DNA of 64,000 nt, from the NCBI GenBank assembly GCA_015231405.1, contig JADGBR010000014.1:3555-67554 (forward strand), read 5' to 3'. A program made the position numbers and the translations under genes. This document shows, piece by piece, positions 37,901 through 46,600 of the stretch; the first letter of the stretch is position 1, and every line of letters begins with the position of its first letter. Origin of the DNA: Candidatus Omnitrophota bacterium. Lineage in GTDB: Bacteria > Omnitrophota > Gorgyraeia > Tantalellales > Tantalellaceae. The notes beneath the pieces were generated by a model, which saw only the letters and a program-made list of their open reading frames with translations, ran no database searches and was not told where the DNA came from.

Positions 37901-40900
37901 GGTCGTATCATCGTACCGGTACGTCACCTCTTTTAGGAGTATGCCGCCGCCGCCTCCCGGCCGGAGGATCCTTTCGCCCGTTAGGACCAACGGGTCGGCG
38001 CCGGTATGGTCGTAATATGTGACTGTCCCGTCGGGCCTATCGGTCTCGATGAGCGTTTTTCCGTCAGGTGAATATTTCATGACGACGGTCGACGAAACGG
38101 CGTTACCGTCCTTATCGGTATATGATACGGTTTCAGTTGTTACGGTTGACGGTTCGACGTCTAAAGGCTCGTAAGTATACGTCCGCTTTACGCCGTATTT
38201 ATCAGTCTCGAGCGTCACGCGGCCAAGGATATCATAACCGTGATCGAGCGCGTAATTCACGCGATATACGCCGGTACTATCCTTCTCGGAATAAACCGAC
38301 TTTTTGGAAATTATATGACCGCCAGTGGTATCATAGGTGTATGTATAATCGATCCTGATCCCCGCGGGATCTATCTGGGCGGCGAGATCGCCAATATGTC
38401 CCGAAGACGAATCCGCGCCGTAATAAGAATAGCCCATACCGGGACGAGCCCCGTCACCGATCTCTATCAGCTGGCCGCGGTCGTTGAACTTTTTTGAGGT
38501 GGTTATCATTACCGGAGGAGCGCCTTCGGCACGCTGGGTGAGAATACTCCTCTCTTCCCGCAGGTATTCCAGCGGCGTCCCTTGGTTCTCATATGACGGG
38601 ACCATCTCTTTAATAAGCCCTTTTTCGGTATCTTCGTCATAGACAAGATAGCCCTTCGCGTCGTATTTTTTCACGGTAACGGTCTTTGTGCCATCAACGG
38701 TCTTTGTTTTTTCCGTAACGGTCTTAAGGGTGATAGCGCCTGTTTTATCCTTCAGATATGAGTATTCGGTCATAACGCCGGAAGGTTCCGTTACCATTGC
38801 CAAAAGTCCATCGGCTCCATATGACTCGCTCGTGACTTCCTCCTTCCCGCCGGCATCTAGCCGGGTAATAGCGCGCGAGATCATCGCGCCGTCGGAATCG
38901 TATGAAAAATCGGTTCTTTCCTCATCGGCCATGCCCTTATTGACGGTTATACTGATCTCGCGTCCGTCTTTGTCGTAAATAGTTTCCTTAGAGCCAAGGA
39001 ACGTTCCGTTCGAGCCTGTAACAGTTTCCTTCTCGGATAAAAGGCCGCCTTTCGCGTCGCGCGAATATGAGTAAGCGGTCACGTTGCCTGAGCTATCCGT
39101 ATACGACAGGGTATCACCCGTGGCCGGGTCGAAAACGGTAGTAACCGATGTCGTATACACTGAACCGACGATATCCGCCTCGGATGTTATTACCGTTTCG
39201 CTTCTGAGCCTGCCGATATTATCCCGCACGTAAAGATACGCATCCTTCTTCCCGGAAGGATAGTCTATTTCCGACACGCCGCCGCGGCCGTTATATTTGT
39301 ATGATGTCACAGATCCCGGACCTGAAGCCGTACGCTCGTTCTCTTCCGTAACATTGCCGTCAATGGCATAGAGAGTTTCATAGAACGTTATGGGATCCTC
39401 ACTGCCCGCTATTTCGGTATATTTGATCTCTTTCGTCACGCGGAGATATTCATCCCGCGTTATCCGGTCGTGCTCTATGACGGCCTTTACAGGGTTCCCG
39501 GCCGACTTATCCGCTCCCGTGGCGTAGACATTCGTCGTTTTGATAATCTCATCAACGTTACCGGACGTCGAATACGCGTAAGTTATAAGCGTAGTCACTT
39601 CACTCCCGGAATAAGTATCCGACTCGGACGACAAACTCCCGTCGCTATTATAAACATAATTCACCGTATTTCCGTACGGGTCCGTATGGCTTATGACTCT
39701 CTTCTTCGCGTCATATTCGGTTATTTCCGTAAAGTCCACGTCATTACCTGAAGCGTCCTTATCCTTTACCCTCTTTTCCGCGATGAACCCGCCGGGAAGG
39801 GTCGAGGTGGAGTAGGCGCAAGTGATGATCGGCGTTTCCGGCGACCCGTCACGAACTATAACGGGTCCGGTCGGGCCGTCGAGATAATGAGAAGGGACAT
39901 TGAAGCTTTCCGTGAGACGTCCTGAGCTGTCATACCGCTCGAGAGTCATCCTGCTTTTCTTTATGTCCAGGAAACGCTTTTCCATTACGGCTCCGTCGGC
40001 ATTTTTGTCATATTCATAGACGAACGGTTCTTCGGCGCCAGGGCCTAATTCACTTAGAATGTCACCGTTACTATCATATGTGTATGCCGCGGTTGAGCCG
40101 GCGACCGTTTCGGCATTATCTGCCTCACCACTCAGCAGTTTTCCAGTGCGGCTGACCACCTGTCCGTTCTTGTTATAACGGCTGATAACATAGTACTCTA
40201 CCGCTCCAGGACCCGTGACATGTTCTGTCCCGACAATAATATCCTCTTCGGTTGTGTAAGAGGCTGTTATGTACGGGGAAGAGAGATCCTCCAGGAGGTA
40301 TGATATACCACCGTCAACGATCGCCCCCGGGGCGTACCGGTAACTTTTAACAAGGCCGAGAGCTTCGTTATAGTGATCCGTTACTGTAACGACACCGCTC
40401 ACGGCATCCAGATATACTGATGAGATCATAGCGCCGTTATCATACGTATATTCATATAGACCCTGCAACCGGTTCGATACGGTATCCGAAACGATATTGC
40501 CGTACAGATCAAATTCACATACCCTGCCGAGAGAATAATCGGTATATCCCGACATTTTCCCGGAAGCGTTATACTCAGTATCAGAATACAGTTTGCCGTT
40601 CCGGAGATATAACTTCTCCAGGGATACCTTATCCGTACCGTCATGGTAGGAATAGATGACATATGACCCGTCGGACATAGTTTTTTGCGTCAGATAAGTG
40701 GCCGCGTCGTTGTAATAAGTTTCTATCGTGCCTGACGCAGCGTCGGATACGGACTGTATCCTCCCGTCCATGTCGTTGTAATAAGAGTATGTTTTAACCA
40801 GTACCGTACAATCCCCGTCGGAGTAGACCTGTTTGGTAAGTACCCTGCCGAATGTGTCGGCATTGTAGGTGTATTGGGAAGACAACTCGCCGCCCCGAGC

Positions 40901-43405
40901 CGCGGCGCGTTTCTCCTTCTCAACTCTCCCCATTCCCTGGCCGAGCCAGTTCTCGTTCAGGTAGCGGTAATAGATATTACCGGAAGCGTCCGGCAAGGCG
41001 AGGGCCATGGATTCGCGGTAATTGGCCGCGTCGTCGTAATAAGTATTCGTGAGTTTAAACTGTGTCATAGCGGTGTCCGCGTAGTCCTCCAGCTTGATCA
41101 TCCTCGACGGCGCTAAGGACGAATAATAAAACCTGGTCGCTATACACCCCGAGGTATCCGGGGCTGATCTTATGACAATATCCAAAGAACTCGCGGAATT
41201 ATTAAGATAGTGGTAATACACATACCCTCTTGTGTCAGCCGGGATATATGTCCTTGACGCTATCCGGCTGGCTGTATCATCGTAATAAGCCGCCGTCTCC
41301 TTGAGCATGGTCATCGCGGCATCCAAATAGAACTCCCGGCGTATGACCCTTGTCGGCGTCGTTCCCGAATAAAAGTATTTGTACGCCATATACCCGTCCG
41401 TATCCGCGGCCTGTCTCATGGCGTAATCGCACCGCGCATTGGCGTCGTTCATATAATGATAGAATACTGCCCCTCCTGCGTCCGGAGCGGCAAGGGCCAT
41501 TGATTCCCGGTAATTGGTGGCGTCATCGTAATAAGTGTTCGTAAGAGTAAGCTGCGTCATCGCGGCGTCCGCGTAGCTCTCCAGTTTTATCATCCTTGAG
41601 GGCGTGACGGACGAAAAATGATATTTCGTGGCTATGCATCCCGAGCTATCCGAAGCCGATCTTTTGGCAATATCCAGTGAACTCGCGGAATTATTAAGAT
41701 AGTGGTAATACAAATACCCTCTTGTGTCAGCGGAAGTATAGCTCCTTGATTCGATCCGGTTGGCCGTATCATCGTAATAGTTCGCTGTCTGCTTGAGTTG
41801 GGTTAACGCGGTGTCCGAATAGAACTCCAGGCGTATGACCCTTGCCGGAGTCGCAGCGGAATAAAAGTATTTGTACGCCATGTAACCGTCTATATCCGCA
41901 GACTGGCGCTTTGTCATATCCACTCTCCCGTACCCTTCGGAGTTCCAGTTCTCATTTATATAGTGATAATAAATATTCCCGGAGGCATCAGGCGACACTA
42001 AAGTTTTTGACTCCATCCAGTTACTGGCGTCGTTATAATAAGTCACCGCGGAAACGCTATCGGCTATCGAGCTGACTCGCCCCGCCGTGTCGTTGAAATA
42101 GATATATGTCCTTAGTAATCCCGTCCCTGCGGCACCTCTATAGGCCTTTATCGACTCTACTCGCCCGGCCGTATCGCCATAATAAGTGTATATATACGAT
42201 AGCGCGCCGTTCGCGGTCGCGGTCAGCCGTTGAGCCTTGTCTACCCTGCCGCCGCCTTGAGAATTCCAGTTCTCGTTCATCAAATGGTAATAAATGTACC
42301 CGGACGTATCAGGAGAAACAGATGTGATGAACTCGGTATATCCTGTAACGTCGTTATAATAGGTATATGTCCTTATCAGTGTCGTCCACGAGGTGTTAAT
42401 GTATGCCATCCTCGTCTTGAGCCTACCGGTGGCATCGGCATAATACGTGTAAGAATACGACAGTTCACCGTTATCGGCTGTGGAACGTTTCGCCTTGTCG
42501 ACCCTGCCAAAACCCTGTCCCAGCCAGTTCTCGTTGATATAGTGGTAATAAATATTCCCGTAAATGTCGGCAGCGGCCGACGTCTTGGATTCCACATAGC
42601 TCCCGGCATTATTGTAATACGTGTAAGTGGCGACCAGCGATCTCCAGCCCGCGTCCGAGTACGACTTTACCGTCGAGAGATACGCGGTCGAGGCGCTATA
42701 ATAGGTATATGTGTACGATAGTTCCCCGTTAATGCCCGTACGCCGGATACCTTTATCGAGCCTGTTCATTGTGTTGTTCGCGAAATGGCAGTAGTATAGC
42801 CCTGTCAAAGGGTCGAACTGGCTCCCGATGTATATTTTTGTGTCCTTCCGGTTATATGAATTGTTATAGTACGCGGTGTCGGCAAGCGCGTTCGTCCAGT
42901 TCTTATCGGTATACGATCTTTTTGTCTTGAGGCGGCCGCTCGCGTCGCTGAAGTATATATAGGTATCGGAAAGCTCGCCGTCAGGTGCCGCCGTATCCCT
43001 GTAAGATTTATCTACCCTGCCATACCCTCGATAGAGCCAGTTCTCATCCAAGAAATGGTAATATAAGTTGCCGTCAGTATCGGAGGCCGCAAGAAGTATG
43101 GATTGAACACGGCCGCTCGAGTAATAGGTTTTCGTTCCGGGAAGGTCCGTAAGTTTCTGCGTCTGGGGACTCTTCGGCACGGAAAAACTTTCGATAGCCT
43201 TTTTGGAATCCACCGCTGACTGTGCGGCGGACTCACTTGCCGTGATATTGTCCGTTGTAACCGACGGCGCAAGCTGATTTCCTGAGCCGGTGGGCACACC
43301 GTATGGATCTATCGCCGCCCATGCGACCTCGTGGAAAAAAAAGATCCCGGCAACTATCGCCGAGATCATCTTCAGTATCATTTCTTTTCTCTGCAAGGAA
43401 AACAT
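28901..43405 (-). CDS. Giant (4834 aa) Sec-signal RHS/YD-repeat polymorphic toxin with teneurin-like domain content and an unclassified C-terminal toxin tip
   Basis: Signal peptide MFSLQRKEMILKMISAIVAGIFFFHEVAWAA. About 14 long YYHY.NENW...GRVDK...YTYY repeats (about 38.3-43.1 kb). Dense RHS/YD repeats (YDAKKRVISHTDPYGNTVNYVYNSDGSL, YEYDKNADG, FSYDSDGAMIS; about 35.1-38.3 kb). Three discoidin/F5-8C-like domains (about 32.8-35.0 kb). Two DUF4214-like units (about 32.0-32.5 kb). A Gly/Ala/Met-rich hydrophobic module (about 30.4-31.2 kb). A PT-TG-like motif WAGVVPGVGDTIDAINGLIYLSRGKRDEA (about 29.29-29.41 kb). An AT-rich roughly 130-aa C-terminal tip (28904..29290). Confidence 0.9.
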   Translation of the reverse strand: MFSLQRKEMILKMISAIVAGIFFFHEVAWAAIDPYGVPTGSGNQLAPSVTTDNITASESAAQSAVDSKKAIESFSVPKSPQTQKLTDLPGTKTYYSSGRVQSILLAASDTDGNLYYHFLDENWLYRGYGRVDKSYRDTAAPDGELSDTYIYFSDASGRLKTKRSYTDKNWTNALADTAYYNNSYNRKDTKIYIGSQFDPLTGLYYCHFANNTMNRLDKGIRRTGINGELSYTYTYYSASTAYLSTVKSYSDAGWRSLVATYTYYNNAGSYVESKTSAAADIYGNIYYHYINENWLGQGFGRVDKAKRSTADNGELSYSYTYYADATGRLKTRMAYINTSWTTLIRTYTYYNDVTGYTEFITSVSPDTSGYIYYHLMNENWNSQGGGRVDKAQRLTATANGALSYIYTYYGDTAGRVESIKAYRGAAGTGLLRTYIYFNDTAGRVSSIADSVSAVTYYNDASNWMESKTLVSPDASGNIYYHYINENWNSEGYGRVDMTKRQSADIDGYMAYKYFYSAATPARVIRLEFYSDTALTQLKQTANYYDDTANRIESRSYTSADTRGYLYYHYLNNSASSLDIAKRSASDSSGCIATKYHFSSVTPSRMIKLESYADAAMTQLTLTNTYYDDATNYRESMALAAPDAGGAVFYHYMNDANARCDYAMRQAADTDGYMAYKYFYSGTTPTRVIRREFYLDAAMTMLKETAAYYDDTASRIASRTYIPADTRGYVYYHYLNNSASSLDIVIRSAPDTSGCIATRFYYSSLAPSRMIKLEDYADTAMTQFKLTNTYYDDAANYRESMALALPDASGNIYYRYLNENWLGQGMGRVEKEKRAAARGGELSSQYTYNADTFGRVLTKQVYSDGDCTVLVKTYSYYNDMDGRIQSVSDAASGTIETYYNDAATYLTQKTMSDGSYVIYSYHDGTDKVSLEKLYLRNGKLYSDTEYNASGKMSGYTDYSLGRVCEFDLYGNIVSDTVSNRLQGLYEYTYDNGAMISSVYLDAVSGVVTVTDHYNEALGLVKSYRYAPGAIVDGGISYLLEDLSSPYITASYTTEEDIIVGTEHVTGPGAVEYYVISRYNKNGQVVSRTGKLLSGEADNAETVAGSTAAYTYDSNGDILSELGPGAEEPFVYEYDKNADGAVMEKRFLDIKKSRMTLERYDSSGRLTESFNVPSHYLDGPTGPVIVRDGSPETPIITCAYSTSTLPGGFIAEKRVKDKDASGNDVDFTEITEYDAKKRVISHTDPYGNTVNYVYNSDGSLSSESDTYSGSEVTTLITYAYSTSGNVDEIIKTTNVYATGADKSAGNPVKAVIEHDRITRDEYLRVTKEIKYTEIAGSEDPITFYETLYAIDGNVTEENERTASGPGSVTSYKYNGRGGVSEIDYPSGKKDAYLYVRDNIGRLRSETVITSEADIVGSVYTTSVTTVFDPATGDTLSYTDSSGNVTAYSYSRDAKGGLLSEKETVTGSNGTFLGSKETIYDKDGREISITVNKGMADEERTDFSYDSDGAMISRAITRLDAGGKEEVTSESYGADGLLAMVTEPSGVMTEYSYLKDKTGAITLKTVTEKTKTVDGTKTVTVKKYDAKGYLVYDEDTEKGLIKEMVPSYENQGTPLEYLREERSILTQRAEGAPPVMITTSKKFNDRGQLIEIGDGARPGMGYSYYGADSSSGHIGDLAAQIDPAGIRIDYTYTYDTTGGHIISKKSVYSEKDSTGVYRVNYALDHGYDILGRVTLETDKYGVKRTYTYEPLDVEPSTVTTETVSYTDKDGNAVSSTVVMKYSPDGKTLIETDRPDGTVTYYDHTGADPLVLTGERILRPGGGGGILLKEVTYRYDDTTGRIKESIATDTRGTDNVSDDIVKVTSYDISNTGKNIKETSVYAPGVYSPDGKAQVREIYHYKTSGALDRVETMGLSGTTYKTDIESFYAVYNGKVLVKTRTTGEGREDFNYDGDGNLTDSVFTSGLYSARTEKRYAANGDVINVTMKGMDGDTVTDITYVRNAIGNITGKTETVRYRPYNLAGGNTDTILAVKSYTYYGSEDSDKAIYPEATASGAVKTMTSGGKTYSYEYTYDAEGVLTITKETVSWDEGASRYTAVSLKKSDTKGDIIASIDTEGVYSEYEYSTDAENAMGGKVQTEKSYYGLIDAKDPSKGYTRYRRSSFDGSLPEGLSESRTVRVYDFDNDLVSLTEANDPANVSDDIVTRYTYVKDELGRVKAGYETVNGRAGVKVSEYDEKGDLVSETDRNGMKVTYSYERDGVLGYIKKTVAGNVLYPGFSQTTGYDTRGDVISVTGSNGIRKTYTFIRDASGKITARKEDTTSSAALSGSGILMNYTETSEYDANGDITGFTDKNGIKRTTRYIYDRYGNEAKTITEVIFVSGTSGKITVTDYNPDGTESRVTEMNDPASSEDDITRTYSYKYDQITGVLSEKTETDIRYSGVTVYRYDNSGDVTIVVSPNGVTLSYAVKKDDKGGTIERYTKTSLSPDAVEKEEFDTEGNRISLTDANGHIATYLNTYDGKSDLIKATEYRTGPSGLYTSVVNEYDSFGRIKLSVDKNGTPSAYEYSVTPWGAVTSSREYDPRGTVGGGYDGSVLRVFDAVTSDLISMTDRLGLTTVYEYGRSPEHGGITLKTERAPLGGTTVYGMDKYGRIISVTDTYDKTVTVSLEFDTCGNMTKRLLSWQETIDGQGVQDYVEEEYYSIEGDLVKRVDRLKNVYTYIAEKNGKGDLARLVTVDHGRNNDKMDISSVDYDASGRIISRTTPRGDVTYYAYQFGSGGEVKKIYESVAPTGEKIDALKPVEIKNISVRNCYFGVDPWQLVDDKYDNWQNFGWEYSMPTDRTSIILDLTGNGSDQDNVSALGLSFRSPYNYPYTVYYATNEAPDNWIKIKTTDLNTDNDWFIDSFGTPVAARYIRIENANEKYWTTAMQLNEVKVYRTEKVSGTVRVSDLDKYGRAVSEKNALMLLWEERPDLKKLFINPNSQCQLNNYFSGKDVSEWARFTGALEDPRIAGYISDYANRNSPLIKEYFEKGSKGHMVTSVTPVSASWSDNVSYLTDYSVTAGSASIRWDNDTVLPYFRLDLGGLTDIGKFRIKFRDDGNSYKYRIFTSEDGVNWEGATDRTDMLYSGWVEDLISPRKARFVKLEAVYGAASDGKVNRQMNVDELMILDTASDTYPPNGYATDTMLAWAKGSGSRLYADLAKYADNTYPDKDRPSGTMISYENTDSSGIPRSRYEISTYTGAAAKLYDPKGVLTEELLVNESSAVVTPIVYPGSASSLEKVYGAGGDILAERNILGRLWEETVEARDLFLVPGYTYNGMTFKTWVASKGQGYFSLLGNKGSSDINALDDPYIARYAYTRDDTGFVASVSKIVNYVQETYSVYKKPVPGENPLNDMILLDGTKHTSTGGVNPSLDYDGYDTTAYSSESFSPDADVTSTHEFAQPVTLSEIYYNTRVSADSGGRGESYDMNVQYLQAGSSVWVDVARTSGCRAFDVCFSGTWHGTLANVTAIRVRATARAWNGDNNNAYAEIFELSARGPADTGQPVVVQREFKALDATRKKYSYTYHPNGNLAGMDVDVSGKDTKDYYMRYDALGNITLYNEDGRNYSYEYTRDRWNNIEKVKVDGSDTVFMNNGKSWDEEAVVSRVKDYFAAMLYRAPASDELTFCVSEWRKTGYTNFVRDYIKNLTEYKNGPKDTGGQTLALERAARLSGMLTCYNVALSAGAVLTAALSAGISLIKEGYNNAVSAYTAAKGRNDKKYISEIYREELGREATDEELTETLAHMRSNNLTLESEREHIRNASDPASEYAKRRAEITVIINSLYTETEAGTSTGILADYLAASDKPAYLKERGYDIDPSLLVNITKEDIQIIITRLKTQDNHFGQSAAEALYASLQANEAALVIARSEATKQSLSIMNYLLQQLIFVDLITGAITSETQGQLLLTMYALKKVSQKHGLDVYGSKYTFDDFIRQASSLQGADAPSLRGAEGDEAIPIIVHYNGTHFLTVTGVIRDTTGTITHIKVTNSYINNIEQTKQIPLTEFKKNYEGTTLSTARSDYKNRLTDTQLLDIKAAGWWDKLWKKVTQIFEGIVKAVKKIVTNIIQPVVQMINAIKYAAQEGKWGRVAGAIGALVVGSVMSVISGGTLAYPIMNTVTNMATAICYGQYGQAMTIMGMGVASIFLSAATAFVAAPIAGMAGQMMEGIWTGLSAVGRTLGQITLGITDNLISIGQKAIGGVMTLCRQAAEGFQSAGNWLKNTLNPWISTEFAPKALLGDAVRNYLGGMITSGISNYAMEQISKSDNWLSKLGIGLAAAITLMPVNAFANPAFDMKILNSTAMFATEVFFNTASQVISTETMNALENKYGEQWYSNMLQMTVSSVIGAGLDGTRQYMQNEIAIREIHYENINAELNKLRDKYQGAVESEKTLSDGTKQITLIDINTGNKAVFTYNATTMNIVETDAGKITKTEITKGINSYTSTKVECLDNGNTRVTSEDGTVTLYDANYQILEITESELSYDAGQFIDYTTVYDPNTGKIVDLKVDGDNYAFSEMFGSSWDSMMDATGRVSLIESAKLAISKGVEVKINDKVILTEDGMIAEINRLAGEDYELTINGVSVKPEDVFNNSYESAESILTSEGYLSPANYKIGYVSFNAGGINEAIFDSSFDVMQSYLDWAGVVPGVGDTIDAINGLIYLSRGKRDEAALSLLAVGTVVPLNAIKAAGNGLKSYRNIGKDITVLGSNYGIWINSGKYKYIEVAKRINANYFCIPDKIWKKFVKIMNEDELWEMNRKFLDRAMLKTRAFYVTTPYALAGKYLRKEIDYLLSKEYKIVMREGKNYFWLIK
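31441..31510. repeat. Short repeat element copy 1, in-frame inside the giant toxin ORF
   Basis: ttattgggattgcttcgtcgccttcggctcctcgcaatgacggggcgtcggctccttgcaatgacgagg. It shares gattgcttcgtcgc(c)ttcg(g)ctcctcgcaatgacg with 31691..31725 and 52269..52300. Confidence 0.65.
31681..31795. repeat. Short repeat element copy 2 (longest copy, about 110 bp), in-frame inside the giant toxin ORF
   Basis: ttattgacagagattgcttcgtcgcttcgctcctcgcaatgacgagggcggcttcgttggcttgcaatgacgcgtataacgcctcggcggcgctttggccgaagtggtt. Its halves match the intergenic copies at 52266..52302 and 24185..24240 respectively. Confidence 0.65.
41040..42000. repeat. Intragenic tandem duplication of about 480 bp x2 within the N-terminal repeat domain of the giant toxin gene
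   Basis: 41040..41520 and 41520..42000 align along their length. They share identical stretches such as actcgcggaattattaagatagtggtaataca and ggcaagggccat.gattc.cggtaattgg. Confidence 0.7.
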
Positions 43406-43640
43406 GGCTCCCCCCTTTATTTATTTTTTAATTATTCACAGATCTTCTAAATTCTCCTTTTTGTATTTTCAACAGGGTTATTTTATCACTTATTGTGCAT
43501 GCTTGTAAATAGCAAAAAAACCTGGTATTTTATCTCTAACTGTGATATACGCTGACCTACTAGTTCTTTCCTATGCAGCGGCGAGAGACTATTTTCCGAC
43601 AAACACTCGAGTGTTCCTTCTTGAAGCTGTCACGCATACG

Positions 43641-43674
43641 AAAAAAAAGCCCCGTCGGGTGACGGGGCTTTTTT
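43641..43674 (-). terminator. Rho-independent terminator (bidirectional) after the 2850-aa gene
   Basis: AAAAAAAA-GCCCCGTC-gggt-GACGGGGC-TTTTTT, 20 bp downstream of the stop at 43695. Confidence 0.7.
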
Positions 43675-43694
43675 GATTTCTTTGTAACTTCCTA

Positions 43695-46600
43695 CTACAC
43701 CGGCTGCTCGACCGTTGTTCCGGCTCCGGCTCCCTGGAATTGGCCTTCGCCGTAAGTGCCCGCGGCGGTTCCCTGTATCTCGTTACCCTGGAACTGGCCG
43801 GTTACACCCGCGGACCACTGGTTATCGGCCCACTGTAAACCTGTAAGGTTGACATTATAGTTCTCCGACTGGAACGCCGCTCCCCAGGTGCTCGTATCCG
43901 TCACGCCCTGATCATATGTGCCGTTTATGATCGCCGCCCATATGTTGGTCGCGTCGAACGAATACAAGTTCATGTCCATTGTAGCCGTCTGTATCTGGCC
44001 GTATACGGAAGTCGCCTGCATGGCCTCGGTTATCGGTATCATCACGTCGTTGAAATTGTTGATAATATCCTGCATCTCCGTCACGATATTGGCAAGGTCG
44101 AGAAGCTCTTCGGCTTCCACCCATTCGCCGGCTACCGCTCCGCCAAACTGGGCGCTGATCTCAGCTCCGTCTTCGGCCTCGATATATTCGCCCTTCGTCG
44201 CCAGGACAGCGTCGCCTTTAATGCTCCCGAATCCCTCAGGTGATACCCAGAGACCGGTAAATTTCCCGTCCATGTGGCCTTTAACCGCCCAGCTGTCACC
44301 CGAAAGAGTGGCAAGATATGTGACATAATCCCCTATTTCTCCCGTCATCGGCATTTTCCACGCCGAAAGGTCTCCCTGGTATTCTCCTTCGATATTCGCC
44401 CCCCATATGCCCCAATTCGCACCGGAAAGGGATAATACAGGTCCGCCTTCGGTAAATTCCCCGGCCATATTATCGTTATAACCATACCCATGTATCCAAT
44501 CCGTTTCAACCATGTCATAAAGGTCTTCAGGCATTATGCTGCCGGCATAGGGCATTTCCCTGTAAATATCCACGGCTCCGTTTAGCTCCAGCATATCGAT
44601 GGATTGGTATGTCGTCCCGAGGAATTTCCCACCTATATATCCTACCTTGCTCTCTCCCGTTCCCTGGTCGGGCGGAGTGACAAAGAACGCTCTCATGAGA
44701 CTAGCGGCAGTACCACCCATAACGTAACCTCCCATAAGGCCGTAATAAGCGCCGCCGTCATAAGTCGTATAAGATTCCTCGTCATAATTCTCGCTGGTAA
44801 GGCCCGTACCCCAAACGAAAATACTGTTAGGATCGACCTCTCCGAGTTCATATTCGCCGATAAATAAAGCCGGGGTCGTTGCCCCGCCCCACAGGCTCTC
44901 CGTGCCGCCGAATATACCCCTTATACCGCCGCAGGCGTATCCTTCATTTGAAAGTTCGGTTTCCACCGAACTCGCGAAAGAAAGATGTTCATCCTCGTAT
45001 ACTCCCAGCACCGAAGCTATGAAGGTACCGGACTCGACTGTTGGATCGGAGGTATTCTCCCCAAAAAGGTCACCCTCGATGGTCGTAAGGTCCGTCATCG
45101 ATAACCCTTTACCCGTAAGCTTTCCGAATATCAGGTTATCGGCTTCCGGACCGTTGTATTCCCATCCGCCGTTAAGCCACCTTATCTGGTAGTAGTTGTC
45201 GATGGCATCGCCCGAAACAGCCTGCCAGGTAGTTTCCCCGGCCGGCCTATTCTCATAATAATTGGAGTCCCCGAACTTCATCTCGAAAGCGCCCCATTTC
45301 CTCCCATCGATGGAATAACTGTACCCTTCGGAAAGATTAGCTCTGATATAGCTGTCATTGCCGCTGCCGAACGACCCCACAAAAGTCATAGGGTCGATGT
45401 TCTCCTCCTGGATCATTCCGCTTAGATCCGCCGGGTCTATCCCTGAATCTTCTTCCATTACGGTAGCCGCTATCGTCCCCTCGAGTATCCACATACCCAG
45501 TTCCGTGTAGTACTCGCCGGCGAGAAGCCCGCCGTTCGCCCTCATTTGAGCGATATCGCTCAAAAACGAGCCGGATAACAAGGAACCGTTATAGTTCCTC
45601 AAATACCCTATTTTCCCGTTCGGATCGGCGTATAGAGCCAAAAACCCTCCGGTCATCTTGCCGTCCATCAGAACCCCCGCCGATACGCCTTTAAAAGCGC
45701 CGCCGTCAAAAGTGACATACTCATCGTCAACTACGTTATAGCTTTCCACGGGAGTGTGCCAGAGATAAGCGCCATTCTCATCCCCCTCGACGTAAAAGTC
45801 TCCCATAGCGCGGATAGTCGCCGGGGCGTTCCACGGGCTGGATGTGCCTCCTATAAGGCCCGTATCTTCACCCTCCCATCTGTAATAACCCGCGTCATTG
45901 GAGTATATGCTGCACTCGTTCTCCCCCCACACTCCGCTGAACCAAAGGCGCTCCCCTTCCCAGGAGCCCGCTCCGCCGGCCTGGAAAACTGTAGATCCCT
46001 CATAGTTGAAACAGTTGCCTATTCCCACGCCGGATATATCTCCCATTTTCGTCCCGGTAAGGAACTTACCCGCGGCCGTAAAACTGAGATCGCCGTTGGA
46101 GAGAATGCCGTCCTCTGTTTCCATTATCCAGTAACCGTGATCCTGGCTATAATCATACCCCATATTCCCGCCCATCCATTGCGACTGAGCTGTTTCTGTT
46201 CCCGGAGCCGGAGGAGTACCGAGGATATCTTCCAGAGAATCGACTCCCGGGGTCCATGTGCCCGTGATAGTTTCATATGAACCTTCTTCGTTCTGGAAAT
46301 ATTTTTCCCATGTCCCGTCGGCCTTATAGCTGAGCTGATAATATTCACTTCCATTCTGGCGGTAATACCTGGCATACCCCTGGGTGTTATCCAGCGAATA
46401 GGAATAAAAATAGTCGCCGTCATATCCGTAGTATCCCCCGTTCCAGTCGTAGTAATAGTACTGCCCGTCATGTTCCGTAGTCGTAAGGTAAGCGCCTATC
46501 GGGTCATTGCCGCCAAGAACCGCCGAAAATCCGGAGTTCTCCCCCTGCTGATAGATATATCCCCATATTTTCTGGTCGTATATACCCCAGTCGTAGGTCT

